64,000 nucleotides of DNA from Pseudomonadota bacterium (GTDB taxonomy: Bacteria; Pseudomonadota; Gammaproteobacteria; Pseudomonadales; UBA5518). The stretch covers positions 1,251 through 65,250 of the forward strand of contig CAUJIL010000121.1 of the NCBI GenBank assembly GCA_963204845.1. Direction: 5' to 3'. Under the pieces are notes generated by a model that ran no database searches, was not told the DNA's origin, and worked only from the letters and a program-made list of their open reading frames with translations. The first letter of the stretch is position 1, and every line of letters begins with the position of its first letter. Made by a program: the position numbers and the translations under genes. Shown here piece after piece: positions 43,444 to 53,154 of this stretch.

Positions 43444-43612
43444 CGGTTCAGGACCGATCGGCTTGTTTCTCGAGTCGCACGACACTGCCGACTGTGCCAC
43501 TGAAGAACCACTTCCGAGACTACTACAGCGCGCCGCGTACTACCAGTCGATGAAATCCTTTTGATACAACACGGTACACTTCACCTTGGGCGCTCGCTGC
43601 GACCATGCCCGG

Positions 43613-45190
43613 TCACTCCCACTCGATCGTTGCCGGCGGCTTGCTGGAGACGTCGTAGACCACGCGCGAGACCTCGGGCACCTCGTTGATGATGCGGCGC
43701 GAGACACGCTCGAGCAGTTCCCACGGCAGGCGAGCCGAGCGCGCGGTCATGAAGTCGATGGTCTCGACCGCACGCAGCGCGATCACCCATTCGTAGCGGC
43801 GCCCGTCGCCGGTCACGCCCACCGATTTCACCGGCAGGAACACCGCGAAGGCCTGGCTGACCTGGTGATAGAGATCGGCGGCGTGCAGTTCCTCGATGAA
43901 GATCGCGTCGGCCCGGCGCAGCACCTCGGCATACGGCCTGCGCACCTCGCCGAGGATGCGCACGCCGAGGCCGGGCCCAGGGAACGGGTGGCGGTAGACC
44001 ATGTCGTACGGCAACCCGAGCTCGACTCCGATGCGGCGCACTTCGTCCTTGAACAGTTCCTTCAGCGGCTCGAGCAGGCCGAGCTTCATGCGCGCCGGCA
44101 GCCCGCCGACGTTGTGGTGCGACTTGATCACGTGCGCGTTGCCGTGCTTCGACGCCGCCGACTCGATCACGTCGGGGTAGATCGTGCCCTGCGCCAGCCA
44201 CTTCACGCCGCGGATCTGCGCCGCCTTGCGCTCGAACACCTCGATGAAGGTGCGGCCGATGATCTTGCGCTTGCGCTCGGGGTCGCTCACGCCCTTGAGC
44301 TTGCGCAGGAACTCGTTCCCGGCGCGCACGCGGATCACGCGGATTCCCATGTTGCGCGCGAACATCTCCATCACGTGGTCGCCCTCGTCGAGGCGCAGCA
44401 GCCCGTTGTCGACGAACACGCAGGTCAGGCGGTCGCCGATCGCGCGCGCGAGCAGCGCCGCGACCACCGAGGAATCCACGCCGCCCGAAAGCCCCAACAA
44501 GACCTTGTCCTCGCCGACCGTGCGGCGCACGGTCGCGATCGCGTCCTCGATGATGCTGCCCGGCGTCCACAGACCCTCGCAGCCGCAGACCGTCTTCACG
44601 AAATGCTCGAGGATCCGCCCGCCCTGGTGGGTGTGCGTTACCTCCGGGTGGAACTGCACGCCGTAGAAGCCACGCGCCTCGTCGCACATGGCGGCGATCG
44701 GTGCGCTGTCGGTCGCGGCCAGCAGCTCGAAACCCTCCGGCAGGGCCACGACCTTGTCACCGTGGCTCATCCACACGTCGAGCAGCGCGCTGCCGTCGGC
44801 GTCTATGTGGTCGCTGATGCCGTCGAGCAGCCGGCTGTGCGCCGTGACGCGCACCTGCGCGTAGCCGAACTCGCGCCGGTTCGAGGACTCGACGCGCCCC
44901 CCGAGCTGGGCCGCCATGGTCTGCATGCCGTAGCAGATGCCGAGCACCGGGACGCCGAGCCCGAACAACGCCTTCGGTGCCCGCGGCGCGCCGCGCCCGG
45001 TGACCGACTCGGGCCCCCCGGAGAGGATCACACCCTGCGGCCGGAACGCGCGGATCGCGGCGATCCCGGCGCGCCAGCTGTGGATCTCGCAATAGACGCC
45101 GAGCTCGCGCACGCGGCGCGCGATCAGCTGCGTGTATTGCGATCCGAAGTCGATGATCAGGATGCGCTGGGAGTGGATGTCGGTGCTCAT
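43613..45190 (-). CDS. guaA: GMP synthase (glutamine-hydrolysing)
   Basis: …[20 protein letters not shown]…, [15 protein letters not shown] and terminal …[11 protein letters not shown] verified at 45190. Confidence 0.97.
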   Translation of the reverse strand: MSTDIHSQRILIIDFGSQYTQLIARRVRELGVYCEIHSWRAGIAAIRAFRPQGVILSGGPESVTGRGAPRAPKALFGLGVPVLGICYGMQTMAAQLGGRVESSNRREFGYAQVRVTAHSRLLDGISDHIDADGSALLDVWMSHGDKVVALPEGFELLAATDSAPIAAMCDEARGFYGVQFHPEVTHTHQGGRILEHFVKTVCGCEGLWTPGSIIEDAIATVRRTVGEDKVLLGLSGGVDSSVVAALLARAIGDRLTCVFVDNGLLRLDEGDHVMEMFARNMGIRVIRVRAGNEFLRKLKGVSDPERKRKIIGRTFIEVFERKAAQIRGVKWLAQGTIYPDVIESAASKHGNAHVIKSHHNVGGLPARMKLGLLEPLKELFKDEVRRIGVELGLPYDMVYRHPFPGPGLGVRILGEVRRPYAEVLRRADAIFIEELHAADLYHQVSQAFAVFLPVKSVGVTGDGRRYEWVIALRAVETIDFMTARSARLPWELLERVSRRIINEVPEVSRVVYDVSSKPPATIEWE

Positions 45191-45261
45191 CGCGGTCGTT
45201 TTCTCCGTGCCGGAAAAAGGCGCGGGGCCCGTGAGGCCCCGCACACAGATCGATCCTGAAC

Positions 45262-45339
45262 GTCCGGCCACAGGCCGGACCTACGGGCGGTGCCGGCCAC
45301 GTCCGGCCACAGGCCGGACCTACGGGCGGTGCCGGCGGC
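45262..45339. repeat. tandem 39-nt REP-like repeat (2 copies, 37/39 identical), each with an 8-bp stem hairpin
   Basis: GTCCGGCCACAGGCCGGACCTACGGGCGGTGCCGGC(CAC/GGC) occurs at 45262-45300 and 45301-45339. Each copy has the stem GTCCGGCC/GGCCGGAC with a 3-nt loop. The repeat sits between the guaB stop and the guaA start. Confidence 0.85.
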
Positions 45340-45345
45340 AGGACG

Positions 45346-46812
45346 TCAGCGCACCGGGTAGTTCGGCGCTTCCTTCGTGATGCTGACGTCGTGCACGTGG
45401 CTCTCGTGGATACCCGCCGAGGTGATGCGCACGAACTTCGGCCGGGTGCGCATCGTCTCGACGTCGGGGCTGCCCGTGTAACCCATCGCCGCGCGCAAGC
45501 CGCCCATCAGCTGATGCACGATCGCCGAGATCGGGCCCTTGTACGGGACCCGCCCCTCGATGCCCTCGGGCACGAGTTTCTCGACGCCCTCGGCGGCGTT
45601 CTGGAAATAGCGGTCGCTCGAGCCCTTGGCCATTGCGCCCAGCGAACCCATGCCGCGGTAGGCCTTGTAGCTGCGCCCCTGGTAGAGCTCGATCTCCCCG
45701 GGCGCCTCCTCGGTGCCGGCCAGCATGCTGCCGACCATCACCACGTGCGCGCCGGCAGCGATCGCCTTGGCCAGGTCGCCCGAGAACCGGATCCCGCCGT
45801 CGGCGATCAGCGGCACGCCGGTCCCGGCCAGCGCCGCGGCGACATTGGCGACCGCGCTGATCTGCGGCACGCCGATGCCCGTGACGATGCGCGTGGTGCA
45901 GATCGAGCCCGGACCGATGCCGACCTTGACCCCGTCGACGCCGGCGTCGAGCAGGTATTTGGCGGCTTCCGCGGTCGCGATGTTGCCGGCGATGACCTGC
46001 ACCGACGGGTGGGCGGCCTTGATGCTGCGCACGGTGCTGCGGACGTTGCGCGAATGCCCGTGTGCGGTATCGACGACCAGCACGTCGACGCCGGCCTCGA
46101 TCAGGCGCAGCACGCGCTCGTCGTTGCCCGAGCAGATGCCGACCGCGGCACCCACGCGCAGGCGTCCGTCGGCGTCCTTGCACGCGCTCGGATAGCGCTC
46201 GGCCTTGAAGATGTCCTTGGCGGTGATCATGCCGCGCAGGCGGAAGGTGTCGTCGACCACCAGCACTTTCTCGATGCGGTGGCGATGCAGCAGCTGCTTG
46301 ACCTCGGCGAGGTCCGTGCCCTCGAGCACGGTGACCAGGTCGCGCTTGCGCGTCATGATCGAGGCCACCGGCTGGTCGAGGTCGGTCGCGAAACGCACGT
46401 CACGGCTGGTCACGATGCCGACCAGCTCGCGCTTGCGGTTGAGCACCGGCACGCCGGAGAAGTTCAGCTCCGAAGTCAGGCGGATCAGCTCGCGGATCGA
46501 GCGCGAGGAATCGATGGTGACCGGCTCGCGCACCACGCCGCTCTCGAAGCGCTTGACCGCGCGCACTTCCTCGGCCTGCTGCTCCGCGCTCATGTTCTTG
46601 TGCACGATGCCGATGCCGCCTTCCTGCGCGATCGCGATCGCGAGCCGCGCCTCGGTGACGGTGTCCATGGCGGCGGACATCAACGGAATGTTCAGCGTGA
46701 TCGTGCGCGTCAGGCGGGTCTGCAGGCTGACGTCCTTGGCGACCACCTCGGATTCGCCGGGAACGAGCAGCACGTCGTCGAAGGTAAGCGCTTCTTCCTG
46801 CACCCGCAGCAT
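45346..46812 (-). CDS. guaB: IMP dehydrogenase
   Basis: [18 protein letters not shown]…, tandem CBS domains and the active-site [14 protein letters not shown] verified at 46812. Confidence 0.97.
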   Translation of the reverse strand: MLRVQEEALTFDDVLLVPGESEVVAKDVSLQTRLTRTITLNIPLMSAAMDTVTEARLAIAIAQEGGIGIVHKNMSAEQQAEEVRAVKRFESGVVREPVTIDSSRSIRELIRLTSELNFSGVPVLNRKRELVGIVTSRDVRFATDLDQPVASIMTRKRDLVTVLEGTDLAEVKQLLHRHRIEKVLVVDDTFRLRGMITAKDIFKAERYPSACKDADGRLRVGAAVGICSGNDERVLRLIEAGVDVLVVDTAHGHSRNVRSTVRSIKAAHPSVQVIAGNIATAEAAKYLLDAGVDGVKVGIGPGSICTTRIVTGIGVPQISAVANVAAALAGTGVPLIADGGIRFSGDLAKAIAAGAHVVMVGSMLAGTEEAPGEIELYQGRSYKAYRGMGSLGAMAKGSSDRYFQNAAEGVEKLVPEGIEGRVPYKGPISAIVHQLMGGLRAAMGYTGSPDVETMRTRPKFVRITSAGIHESHVHDVSITKEAPNYPVR

Positions 46813-46849
46813 GGTGGCTCCGCAAGGGCTAACGAGATGAAGGCGCGGC

Positions 46850-46878
46850 ATTATACGGGCGCCCCCGGTGCCGGTAAA
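46850..46878 (-). promoter_or_regulatory. candidate sigma70 promoter of guaBA (TTTACC-N17-TATAAT)
   Basis: Minus strand reads TTTACCggcaccgggggcgcccgTATAAT. The -10 hexamer ends about 37 nt upstream of the guaB ATG. Confidence 0.45.
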
Positions 46879-46896
46879 CCGCCATTTCCGTGCCGT

Positions 46897-47514
46897 TCAA
46901 CTGCTGGCGGATCCCGGACACGCGAGGCCGGTGCCACCGATCCCGCAATAACCGTCCGGGTTCTTCGCGAGGTACTGCTGGTGGTACTCCTCGGCGTAAT
47001 AGAACGGGCCGGCCGGTTCGATTTCGGTGGTGATCGCCGGATAGCCGCCCGCCGCCAGCACCCGCGCGTAGGCCACGCGCGAGGCGAGCGCAGCCTCCAG
47101 CTGGCGCCCGGAGGTGGTGTGGATCGCCGACCGGTACTGGCTTCCCACGTCATTGCCCTGGCGCATTCCCTGCGTGGGATCGTGGTTCTCCCAGAACACA
47201 CGCAACAGCGCCTCGTAGCCGATACGTGCCGGATCGAAGACCACGCGTACCACCTCGGCATGCCCGGTGCGCCCGCTGCAGACTTCCCGGTAGGTGGGGT
47301 TCGGCGTGACGCCGCCGGCATAGCCGACCGCGGTCGCGACGACTCCCGGCTGGCGCCAGAACAGCCGCTCGGCGCCCCAGAAACAGCCGAGCGCAAAGCC
47401 GGCGATCTCCAGTCCGGGCGCGAACGGCGGCACGATGCGCGCGCCGCTGACGAAATGGGTCGTGGGCACCGGCATCGCTTCGCTGCGCCCGGGCAAGGGG
47501 TCGGCGGGAATCAT
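46897..47514 (-). CDS. msrA: peptide-methionine (S)-S-oxide reductase
   Basis: GCFWGAE active-site motif and …[10 protein letters not shown]…. ATG verified at 47514, overlapping the upstream gene stop by 4 nt. Confidence 0.93.
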   Translation of the reverse strand: MIPADPLPGRSEAMPVPTTHFVSGARIVPPFAPGLEIAGFALGCFWGAERLFWRQPGVVATAVGYAGGVTPNPTYREVCSGRTGHAEVVRVVFDPARIGYEALLRVFWENHDPTQGMRQGNDVGSQYRSAIHTTSGRQLEAALASRVAYARVLAAGGYPAITTEIEPAGPFYYAEEYHQQYLAKNPDGYCGIGGTGLACPGSASS

Positions 47515-48542
47515 GTCCTGATCACCTCCAGTGATGCCGCGGCGATCAGGCGCGCCGCCTCGCCAAAACGCAGCGCCTCGGTGCTCGAGGCATTGCCGTC
47601 GATGCCGCGTTTGTACACGCCCTGGCAGATCGCTGCCAGCCGGAAGAAACTCAGCGCCAGCCAGAAGTGCCAGTGCGCGACGCTGTCGATCCCGCTGCGC
47701 TCGCAGTAACGCCGGACATACACCTGCTCGTCCGGGATGCCGAGCGCGCGACGGTCGACGCCCGCGAGTCCGCGCAGGCGCTGCTCGCCCTGCGGCAGGC
47801 GCCACTGCATGCACTGGTACGCCAGATCGGCGACCGGGTGCCCCAGCGTCGACAACTCCCAGTCCAGCACCGCGATCACGCGCTCCTCGCGCGGGTCGAA
47901 CATCAGGTTGTCGAGCCGGTAGTCACCGTGCACCAGCGCCACGCAGCCGTCGTCGGGCGGCAGCGCGGCCTCCAGCCACGCGACAAGTTCTTCCATCGCA
48001 TCGATGCGCTGCGTCTCGGCGGCGCGGTACTGACGGGTCCAGCGCCCGAGCTGGCGCGCTGCGTAATGGCCGGGCTGGCCATAGTCGCCGAGCCCCACCG
48101 CGCCCACATCGACCGCATGCAGCGCCGCCAGCACGCGGTTCATCTCGTCGTAGACGCGCGCGCGACACCGCGCATCGAGCTCCGGCAGCACCGGATCCCA
48201 CAGCACGCGGCCGTCGAGGAACTCCATCACGTAGAACACGCTGCCGATCACGGCCGTGTCCTCGCACAGCGCAAGCGCCAACGGCACCGGAACCGCGGTG
48301 CCGTGCAGGGCGCGCAGCACACGGTACTCGCGTTCGACCGCGTGCGCCGACGGCAGCAGCACGCCCGGCGGCTTGCGTCGCAGCACGTAGCGCCCGCCAT
48401 CGGCCTCGAGCAGGAAGGTCGGGTTCGACTGTCCGCCCGGGAACTTGCGCACGCCACGCAGCACACCGGCGCCGGGAACCGCTGCGGCCAACCAGTCGGC
48501 GAGGGGTCCGAGCGGCAGTTCCTGCGTGGCACCACGGTCCAT
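47511..48542 (-). CDS. phosphotransferase (APH/choline-kinase fold) family protein
   Basis: …[10 protein letters not shown]… and the Brenner-type motif …[13 protein letters not shown]…DWE…. Confidence 0.75.
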   Translation of the reverse strand: MDRGATQELPLGPLADWLAAAVPGAGVLRGVRKFPGGQSNPTFLLEADGGRYVLRRKPPGVLLPSAHAVEREYRVLRALHGTAVPVPLALALCEDTAVIGSVFYVMEFLDGRVLWDPVLPELDARCRARVYDEMNRVLAALHAVDVGAVGLGDYGQPGHYAARQLGRWTRQYRAAETQRIDAMEELVAWLEAALPPDDGCVALVHGDYRLDNLMFDPREERVIAVLDWELSTLGHPVADLAYQCMQWRLPQGEQRLRGLAGVDRRALGIPDEQVYVRRYCERSGIDSVAHWHFWLALSFFRLAAICQGVYKRGIDGNASSTEALRFGEAARLIAAASLEVIRT

Positions 48543-48722
48543 TCATCACCTCGCTGCAGCGGTTGCGCTCAACCGCCACCGAGCTTAACGCATCGGTCGC
48601 TTGCCCGGCCAAGTGACCGGTTTTTCTAGTATGAGCTTTCTAATCCCGATCCGTACTCTGGGAACCATCCTGAACACGAATGTTCACGGACCCCCGAATC
48701 CAGCCCCCACAGGAGGCACACC

Positions 48723-49190
48723 ATGGCAGAAGTAGCGAACACCACCGAAGGCACCGTCAAGCCGAAGACCCGCCGCGCCGCACCGCGTCGCGCGGCCGCG
48801 CCGAAGGCCACCGCGCGCAAGCCTGCCGGTCGCAAGCCCGCCGGCCGCAAGCCCGCCGCAGCGAAGGCGCGCGCCGAGAGCACGGTGAAGAAGGCAACCG
48901 AAACGATGAAGGAAGCCGCCTACGTGCAGCTGGGCATCTATGGCCGCGTGTACGACCACCTGAACAGCCGGGTTGCCAAGGCGCGCAAGGAGGCTCCCAA
49001 GGAGTGGAACCAACTGGTCAAGCGTGGCGAACAGGTTCGCCGCGACCTCGACAAGGCGCAGAAGGACATGAGCCGCGACCTGCGCAAGCGCGTGAACGAC
49101 ATCGAGATCCCGACCCAGCTCGAGGACCGCGTCGAGAAGTTCCGCAAGGCCGTGCGCAAGCTGACCAACCGCGTCCGCAAGGCCGCCTGA
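48723..49190 (+). CDS. phasin-like (PhaF/PhaI-type PHA-granule-associated) protein with a basic Ala/Lys/Pro-rich N-terminal tail
   Basis: The core …YVQLGIYGRVYD…W.QLVKRGEQV… resembles the PHA-granule-associated protein family from memory. The N-terminus contains RKPAG-RKPAG-RKPAA repeats. GGAGG RBS. Confidence 0.45.
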   Translation: MAEVANTTEGTVKPKTRRAAPRRAAAPKATARKPAGRKPAGRKPAAAKARAESTVKKATETMKEAAYVQLGIYGRVYDHLNSRVAKARKEAPKEWNQLVKRGEQVRRDLDKAQKDMSRDLRKRVNDIEIPTQLEDRVEKFRKAVRKLTNRVRKAA

Positions 49191-49219
49191 TCCCGCACTC
49201 GTCTCTTCGACCCGTTTCC

Positions 49220-49246
49220 AGCCACCCTTCGGGGTGGCTTTTTTTT
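49220..49246 (+). terminator. rho-independent terminator
   Basis: AGCCACCC-TTCG-GGGTGGCT stem-loop followed by T8, 30 nt after the phasin-like stop. Confidence 0.8.
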
Positions 49247-49255
49247 GGGCGCGAT

Positions 49256-50260
49256 TCAGGGAACCAGGACCGCCGCGCCCGTGAAACGCCCGGCGCGCAG
49301 ATCGTCCAGCGCCTCGTTGGCCGCAGCCAGCGGATAGATCGTCACCTCGGTGCGCACCGGCAGCGCGGCCGCGAGCGGCAGGAATTCCTCGCCGTCGCGC
49401 CTGGTGAGGTTCGCGATCGACTGGAGGTGCCGCTCGCCCCACAGGTCCGCGTACGCAAACGACGGGATATCGCTCATGTGGATGCCGGCGCAGATCACGC
49501 GTCCGCCGCGGCGCACCGCGCGCAACGCCAGCGGCACCAGCGCGCCGTCGGGCGCGAAGATGATCGCGGCGTCGAGCTCCGCCGGCGCCGGCTCGTCGCT
49601 GCCGCCGGCCCAGGCGGCGCCGAGCCGGCGCGCGAACTCTTGCGCCGCGACGTCGGCCGGACGCGTGAACGCGTAGACCTGCTGGCCGTGGTGGCAGGCG
49701 ATCTGCACCAGGATGTGCGCGGCGGCGCCGAAACCGTAGAACCCGACGCGCCGCGCACTACGCGCGGGACGCCAGCTGCGGTAGCCGATCAGGCCGGCGC
49801 ACAGCAGCGGCGCGGCCTGCACGCTGTCGAGGTGGGGGTCGATGGCAAAGCAGTAGCGCGCGTCGGCCACACAGTACCCGGCGAAGCCGCCGTCGATCTG
49901 GTAACCGGTGTAGCGGGCCTGCGCGCAGAGGTTTTCCTCGCCGCGACGGCAGAACTCGCAGGCACGGCAACTGCCGCCCAGCCACGGCACCCCGACGCGC
50001 GCGCCGCGTGCGAATCCTGAAACGTCTGCCCCGGCCTCGACCACCTCGCCGACGATCTGGTGTCCCGGAATCAGTGGCAGCACGGGCTCGGTCAACTCCC
50101 CGTCGACCACGTGCAGATCGGTGCGGCAGATGCCGCAGGCGTGCACGCGCAGCAGCAGCTGCCGCGCTCCGGGGCGCGGCACCGGGCGCGACTCCTCGCG
50201 CAGACGCTGACCCGGTGCGTGCAGCACCATCGCGCGCATCAGGTCAGGTGGAACGGTCAT
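49256..50260 (-). CDS. zinc-dependent alcohol dehydrogenase family protein
   Basis: …VHACGICRTDLHVVDGE… zinc motif, CxxC…C structural-zinc region and a Rossmann GFGAAAH. ATG verified at 50260. Confidence 0.85.
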   Translation of the reverse strand: MTVPPDLMRAMVLHAPGQRLREESRPVPRPGARQLLLRVHACGICRTDLHVVDGELTEPVLPLIPGHQIVGEVVEAGADVSGFARGARVGVPWLGGSCRACEFCRRGEENLCAQARYTGYQIDGGFAGYCVADARYCFAIDPHLDSVQAAPLLCAGLIGYRSWRPARSARRVGFYGFGAAAHILVQIACHHGQQVYAFTRPADVAAQEFARRLGAAWAGGSDEPAPAELDAAIIFAPDGALVPLALRAVRRGGRVICAGIHMSDIPSFAYADLWGERHLQSIANLTRRDGEEFLPLAAALPVRTEVTIYPLAAANEALDDLRAGRFTGAAVLVP

Positions 50261-50432
50261 GCGGGTGTCATCTCCCTCGCGGAGGCTGGAAGCACCCCGC
50301 CGGACTGGACGGTTGCCAGGCATCGGTGTCTGCGGTTACTGTAATTCGCAGGCAGTTTTCGCACCAGACGCGCACGCACGAGGAGGGCAAGGCCTTCTGC
50401 AGGGCAATAGCGAATCGCGCAGGAGTCACGGG

Positions 50433-50996
50433 ATGCTGACTCCGCACATCCTGCGCCTCAATATCGCCGGCCAGCCGGTGGAATGGCTGAGCTGGCAGGA
50501 CGCAACCTGTCTCTACGCACGCGAACTCGTCGCGTGGACGCTGGGCGAGCGGGTACGCACGGTCCACGGCGGCTTCTCACGGCTCACCGGCCTGCAGTCG
50601 ACGATCGACCTGCACAGCATCATCGCCTGCTCCGGCCACGTGGCGTGGAAACCACGCCTGGTACCGCCGCTGACCAACCGCGCGCTGTTCCGCCGCGACC
50701 GCCACCTCTGCATGTACTGCGCGCTGAAACTGCCGGAGCGCGAACTGACGCGCGACCACATCGTGCCGCGCTCGCGCGGGGGACGCGACCATTGGACCAA
50801 CGTCGTCGCGGCCTGCAAGCGCTGCAACCAGCGCAAGGGCAACCGGCTGCCGGAAGAAGCCTGCATGGAAATGATCGCGATTCCTTACCAGCCGAACACC
50901 GCCGAATGGCTGGCGCTGATCAACAGCGACCGCATCCGCGGCGACCAGATGGAGTTCCTGCGGGCGCAGTTCTCGCCGCACTCGCGCTGGAACTGA
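50433..50996 (+). CDS. HNH endonuclease family protein
   Basis: …CMYCA…LTRDHIVPRSRGGRDHWTNVVAACKRCNQRKGN… HNH motif with flanking Cys pairs. ATG verified at 50433. Confidence 0.8.
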   Translation: MLTPHILRLNIAGQPVEWLSWQDATCLYARELVAWTLGERVRTVHGGFSRLTGLQSTIDLHSIIACSGHVAWKPRLVPPLTNRALFRRDRHLCMYCALKLPERELTRDHIVPRSRGGRDHWTNVVAACKRCNQRKGNRLPEEACMEMIAIPYQPNTAEWLALINSDRIRGDQMEFLRAQFSPHSRWN

Positions 50997-51022
50997 TCGG
51001 CCGCGCACGCAGCGCGCACACC

Positions 51023-51340
51023 TCAGTGCACGATCCGGTGCAGTTCGACGCGCACGCCCTCGACCCGCATGCCGAGCATCGCGATCTCGCCGCGGTAGCG
51101 GCGCTCGCCGTCGCTGGTGAACTCGAAACCGAACGCGCGGCGGATGCGCAACTGGCCGCCGGCGTCACGCGCCACGCCGATGTGCTGGCGCGTGACGGTC
51201 TCGTCCAGCAGTTGCAGCCCGGTCGTACGGCAATACTCGCGCCCGGCGCGCAATGCGGCCTCGCGCACCCGTATTCCCTCGAAATACATCCACAGGGCCG
51301 CAGCCACCGTGGCGCCCAGCAAAATCTGCCCGATCGTCAT
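51023..51340 (-). CDS. DUF3301-like small membrane protein
   Basis: N-terminal TM helix, then …RVREAALRAGREYCRTTGLQLLDETV… and …FGFEFTSDGERRYRGEI…, as recalled for DUF3301. Confidence 0.5.
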   Translation of the reverse strand: MTIGQILLGATVAAALWMYFEGIRVREAALRAGREYCRTTGLQLLDETVTRQHIGVARDAGGQLRIRRAFGFEFTSDGERRYRGEIAMLGMRVEGVRVELHRIVH

Positions 51341-51356
51341 CGCGAACCAGCCGGCC

Positions 51357-51851
51357 TCAGTGCGTCTCGGCGCCGGCAGCGCCGGCGCGCCGCGGCGCGA
51401 TCTCACCCTGCTCCATCAGCGTGAGCCGCTTCCAGAACGGGCTGCGCAGGTCAAGCCGCGCCTCGAGACGGTACTGCAGCGGCTCATCCGGCTGCTCGGC
51501 GAGACGGCTGATCAGGCGCAGCCCGCTCATCAGGCTGACACTGAGCGTGACCTGGGTGGTCGCCTCGCCATAGGCCGGCACGCGCGGGAGGTCGGCGGTC
51601 GCGCCCTTGAGCAGCGGCACGCCGTTCAGTCCAAGGCCGATCACCAGCCCCTTCGCATCGAGATCGAAGGAGTTCGGGTTCAGCAACCGCAGCCCCACCT
51701 CGATACGCTGCTCGACGCCTTCGGCCGGCAGCAGCCGCAGCGAGGTCACGGTCACGCGCGGATTCTCGATCGATCCGCCCATTCCCGCGCACGCACCGAG
51801 CAGCATTGCCAGCAGCGACAGCATGAGCCCGGAAACGAGCGTGCGAACCAT
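51357..51851 (-). CDS. LEA type-2 (NDR1/HIN1-like) family lipoprotein
   Basis: Lipobox LLGACA. A beta-rich domain with …PRVTVTSLRLL…RIEVGLRLLNPN…L…G. ATG verified at 51851. Confidence 0.5.
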   Translation of the reverse strand: MVRTLVSGLMLSLLAMLLGACAGMGGSIENPRVTVTSLRLLPAEGVEQRIEVGLRLLNPNSFDLDAKGLVIGLGLNGVPLLKGATADLPRVPAYGEATTQVTLSVSLMSGLRLISRLAEQPDEPLQYRLEARLDLRSPFWKRLTLMEQGEIAPRRAGAAGAETH

Positions 51852-51987
51852 TGGTGCAACCCCTTTGAACCACCGCGGCAGTGTAGGGGCTGGCGGCTCG
51901 GGGCGGCAACCACGCCGGGGCGGATGATCACTTTGGCCACCCCGGGTTGACCCGCTTTCCCATTGCGGTGGCAAGTTCGTCGCCACG

Positions 51988-53154
51988 ATGATTGGTCGCC
52001 CCATGTCAGCGACAGAGGTTACGATCATGCGCACTCCCATCTGCGAGCGACTCGGTATCGAAATTCCGATCTTCGCATTCACGCATTGCCGCGACGTGGT
52101 CGTGGCGGTCAGCAAGGCCGGTGGTCTCGGCGTGCTCGGAGCGGTCGGGTTCTCTCCGGAGCGCCTGCGCGAGGAGCTCGACTGGATCGACGCGCGCATC
52201 GGCGACAAGCCCTACGCGGTCGACATCGTGATCCCGCAGAAATACGAGGGTATCGGCACCCTCGACCCGGCCGAGCTCGAGAAGCAGTTGAGCGCGATGG
52301 TCCCGCAGGGCCATCACGACTTCGCCGCGCAGCTGCTGCGCGAGCACGGCGTTCCGGAATGGCCCGACAAGGATGACCGCATGGGGCTGCTCGGCTGGAC
52401 CGAGGCCACCGCCGCGCCGCTGCTCGAGGAGGCGCTGAAGCGCCCGAACGTGAAGCTGATCGCCAACGCGCTGGGCACGCCGCCCAAGGACATGATCGAC
52501 CGCATCCACGCCAGCGGTCGGCTGGTCGCGGCGCTGTGCGGCAAGGTCAAGCAGGCGCTGCAACACAAGAGGAACGGCGTCGACATCATCGTCGCGCAGG
52601 GCAGCGAGGGCGGCGGGCATACCGGCGAGGTCGGCTCGATCGTGCTGTGGCCGCAGATCATCGACGCCGTCGCGCCACTGCCAGTGCTGGCAGCCGGCGG
52701 CATCGGCAACGGGCGCCAGGTGGCGGCGGCGCTCGCCATGGGCGCCGAGGGGGTGTGGTGCGGTTCGCTGTGGCTGGCGGTCGCCGAGGCGGCCGCCGAA
52801 CCCGAGGAGAAGGAGTGCTACTTCGCCGCGACCAGCGAGGACACCGTACGTTCGCCGTCGTGGACCGGCAAGCCGGCACGGATGCTGCGCAACGACTGGA
52901 CCGAGGCCTGGGCCGCACCCGGCAACCCGAAGCCGCTGCCAATGCCGATGCAGGGCCTGGTCAGCGCCGACGCGATGCGCCGCACCTACCGCTACGTGGC
53001 GGTCGCCGAGACGCGCAAGGTCGGATTCCACCCCATCGGGCAGGTCGTCGGCCAGATCGACCACGTCGAGACCAGCCGCGGCGTGGTGCAGCGGCTGCTG
53101 CAGGAATACGCCGACACGCTGGAACGGCTGAACCGCATCACCGAACCGGACTGA
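51988..53154 (+). CDS. nitronate monooxygenase (NMO/2-nitropropane dioxygenase) family FMN enzyme
   Basis: …RLGIEIPIFAFTHCRDVVVAVSKAGGLGVLG… and …IVAQGSEGGGHTG…AAGGI…. The start could be one of two downstream in-frame ATGs. Confidence 0.8.
   Translation: MIGRPMSATEVTIMRTPICERLGIEIPIFAFTHCRDVVVAVSKAGGLGVLGAVGFSPERLREELDWIDARIGDKPYAVDIVIPQKYEGIGTLDPAELEKQLSAMVPQGHHDFAAQLLREHGVPEWPDKDDRMGLLGWTEATAAPLLEEALKRPNVKLIANALGTPPKDMIDRIHASGRLVAALCGKVKQALQHKRNGVDIIVAQGSEGGGHTGEVGSIVLWPQIIDAVAPLPVLAAGGIGNGRQVAAALAMGAEGVWCGSLWLAVAEAAAEPEEKECYFAATSEDTVRSPSWTGKPARMLRNDWTEAWAAPGNPKPLPMPMQGLVSADAMRRTYRYVAVAETRKVGFHPIGQVVGQIDHVETSRGVVQRLLQEYADTLERLNRITEPD

Noticed and set aside
29584-43500. Calling the lower-GC region a mobile element or integrative island.
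   Set aside because: No integrase, transposase, tRNA target, or flanking direct or inverted repeats were found by eye. It is reported only as a compositionally distinct accessory island.
43581-45259. 368-aa and 557-aa ORFs overlapping guaA.
   Set aside because: These are alternate-frame or antisense artefacts. The guaA frame is unambiguous.
45262-45339. Possible CRISPR array.
   Set aside because: There are only two directly abutting repeat copies, no spacers and no cas genes. It is better described as REP-like.
50433-50996. The HNH endonuclease as part of a phage-defence or homing system.
   Set aside because: It is a single small HNH gene with no partner ATPase, methylase, toxin or mobile-element context. 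Its GC content is core-like and its neighbours look like housekeeping genes.
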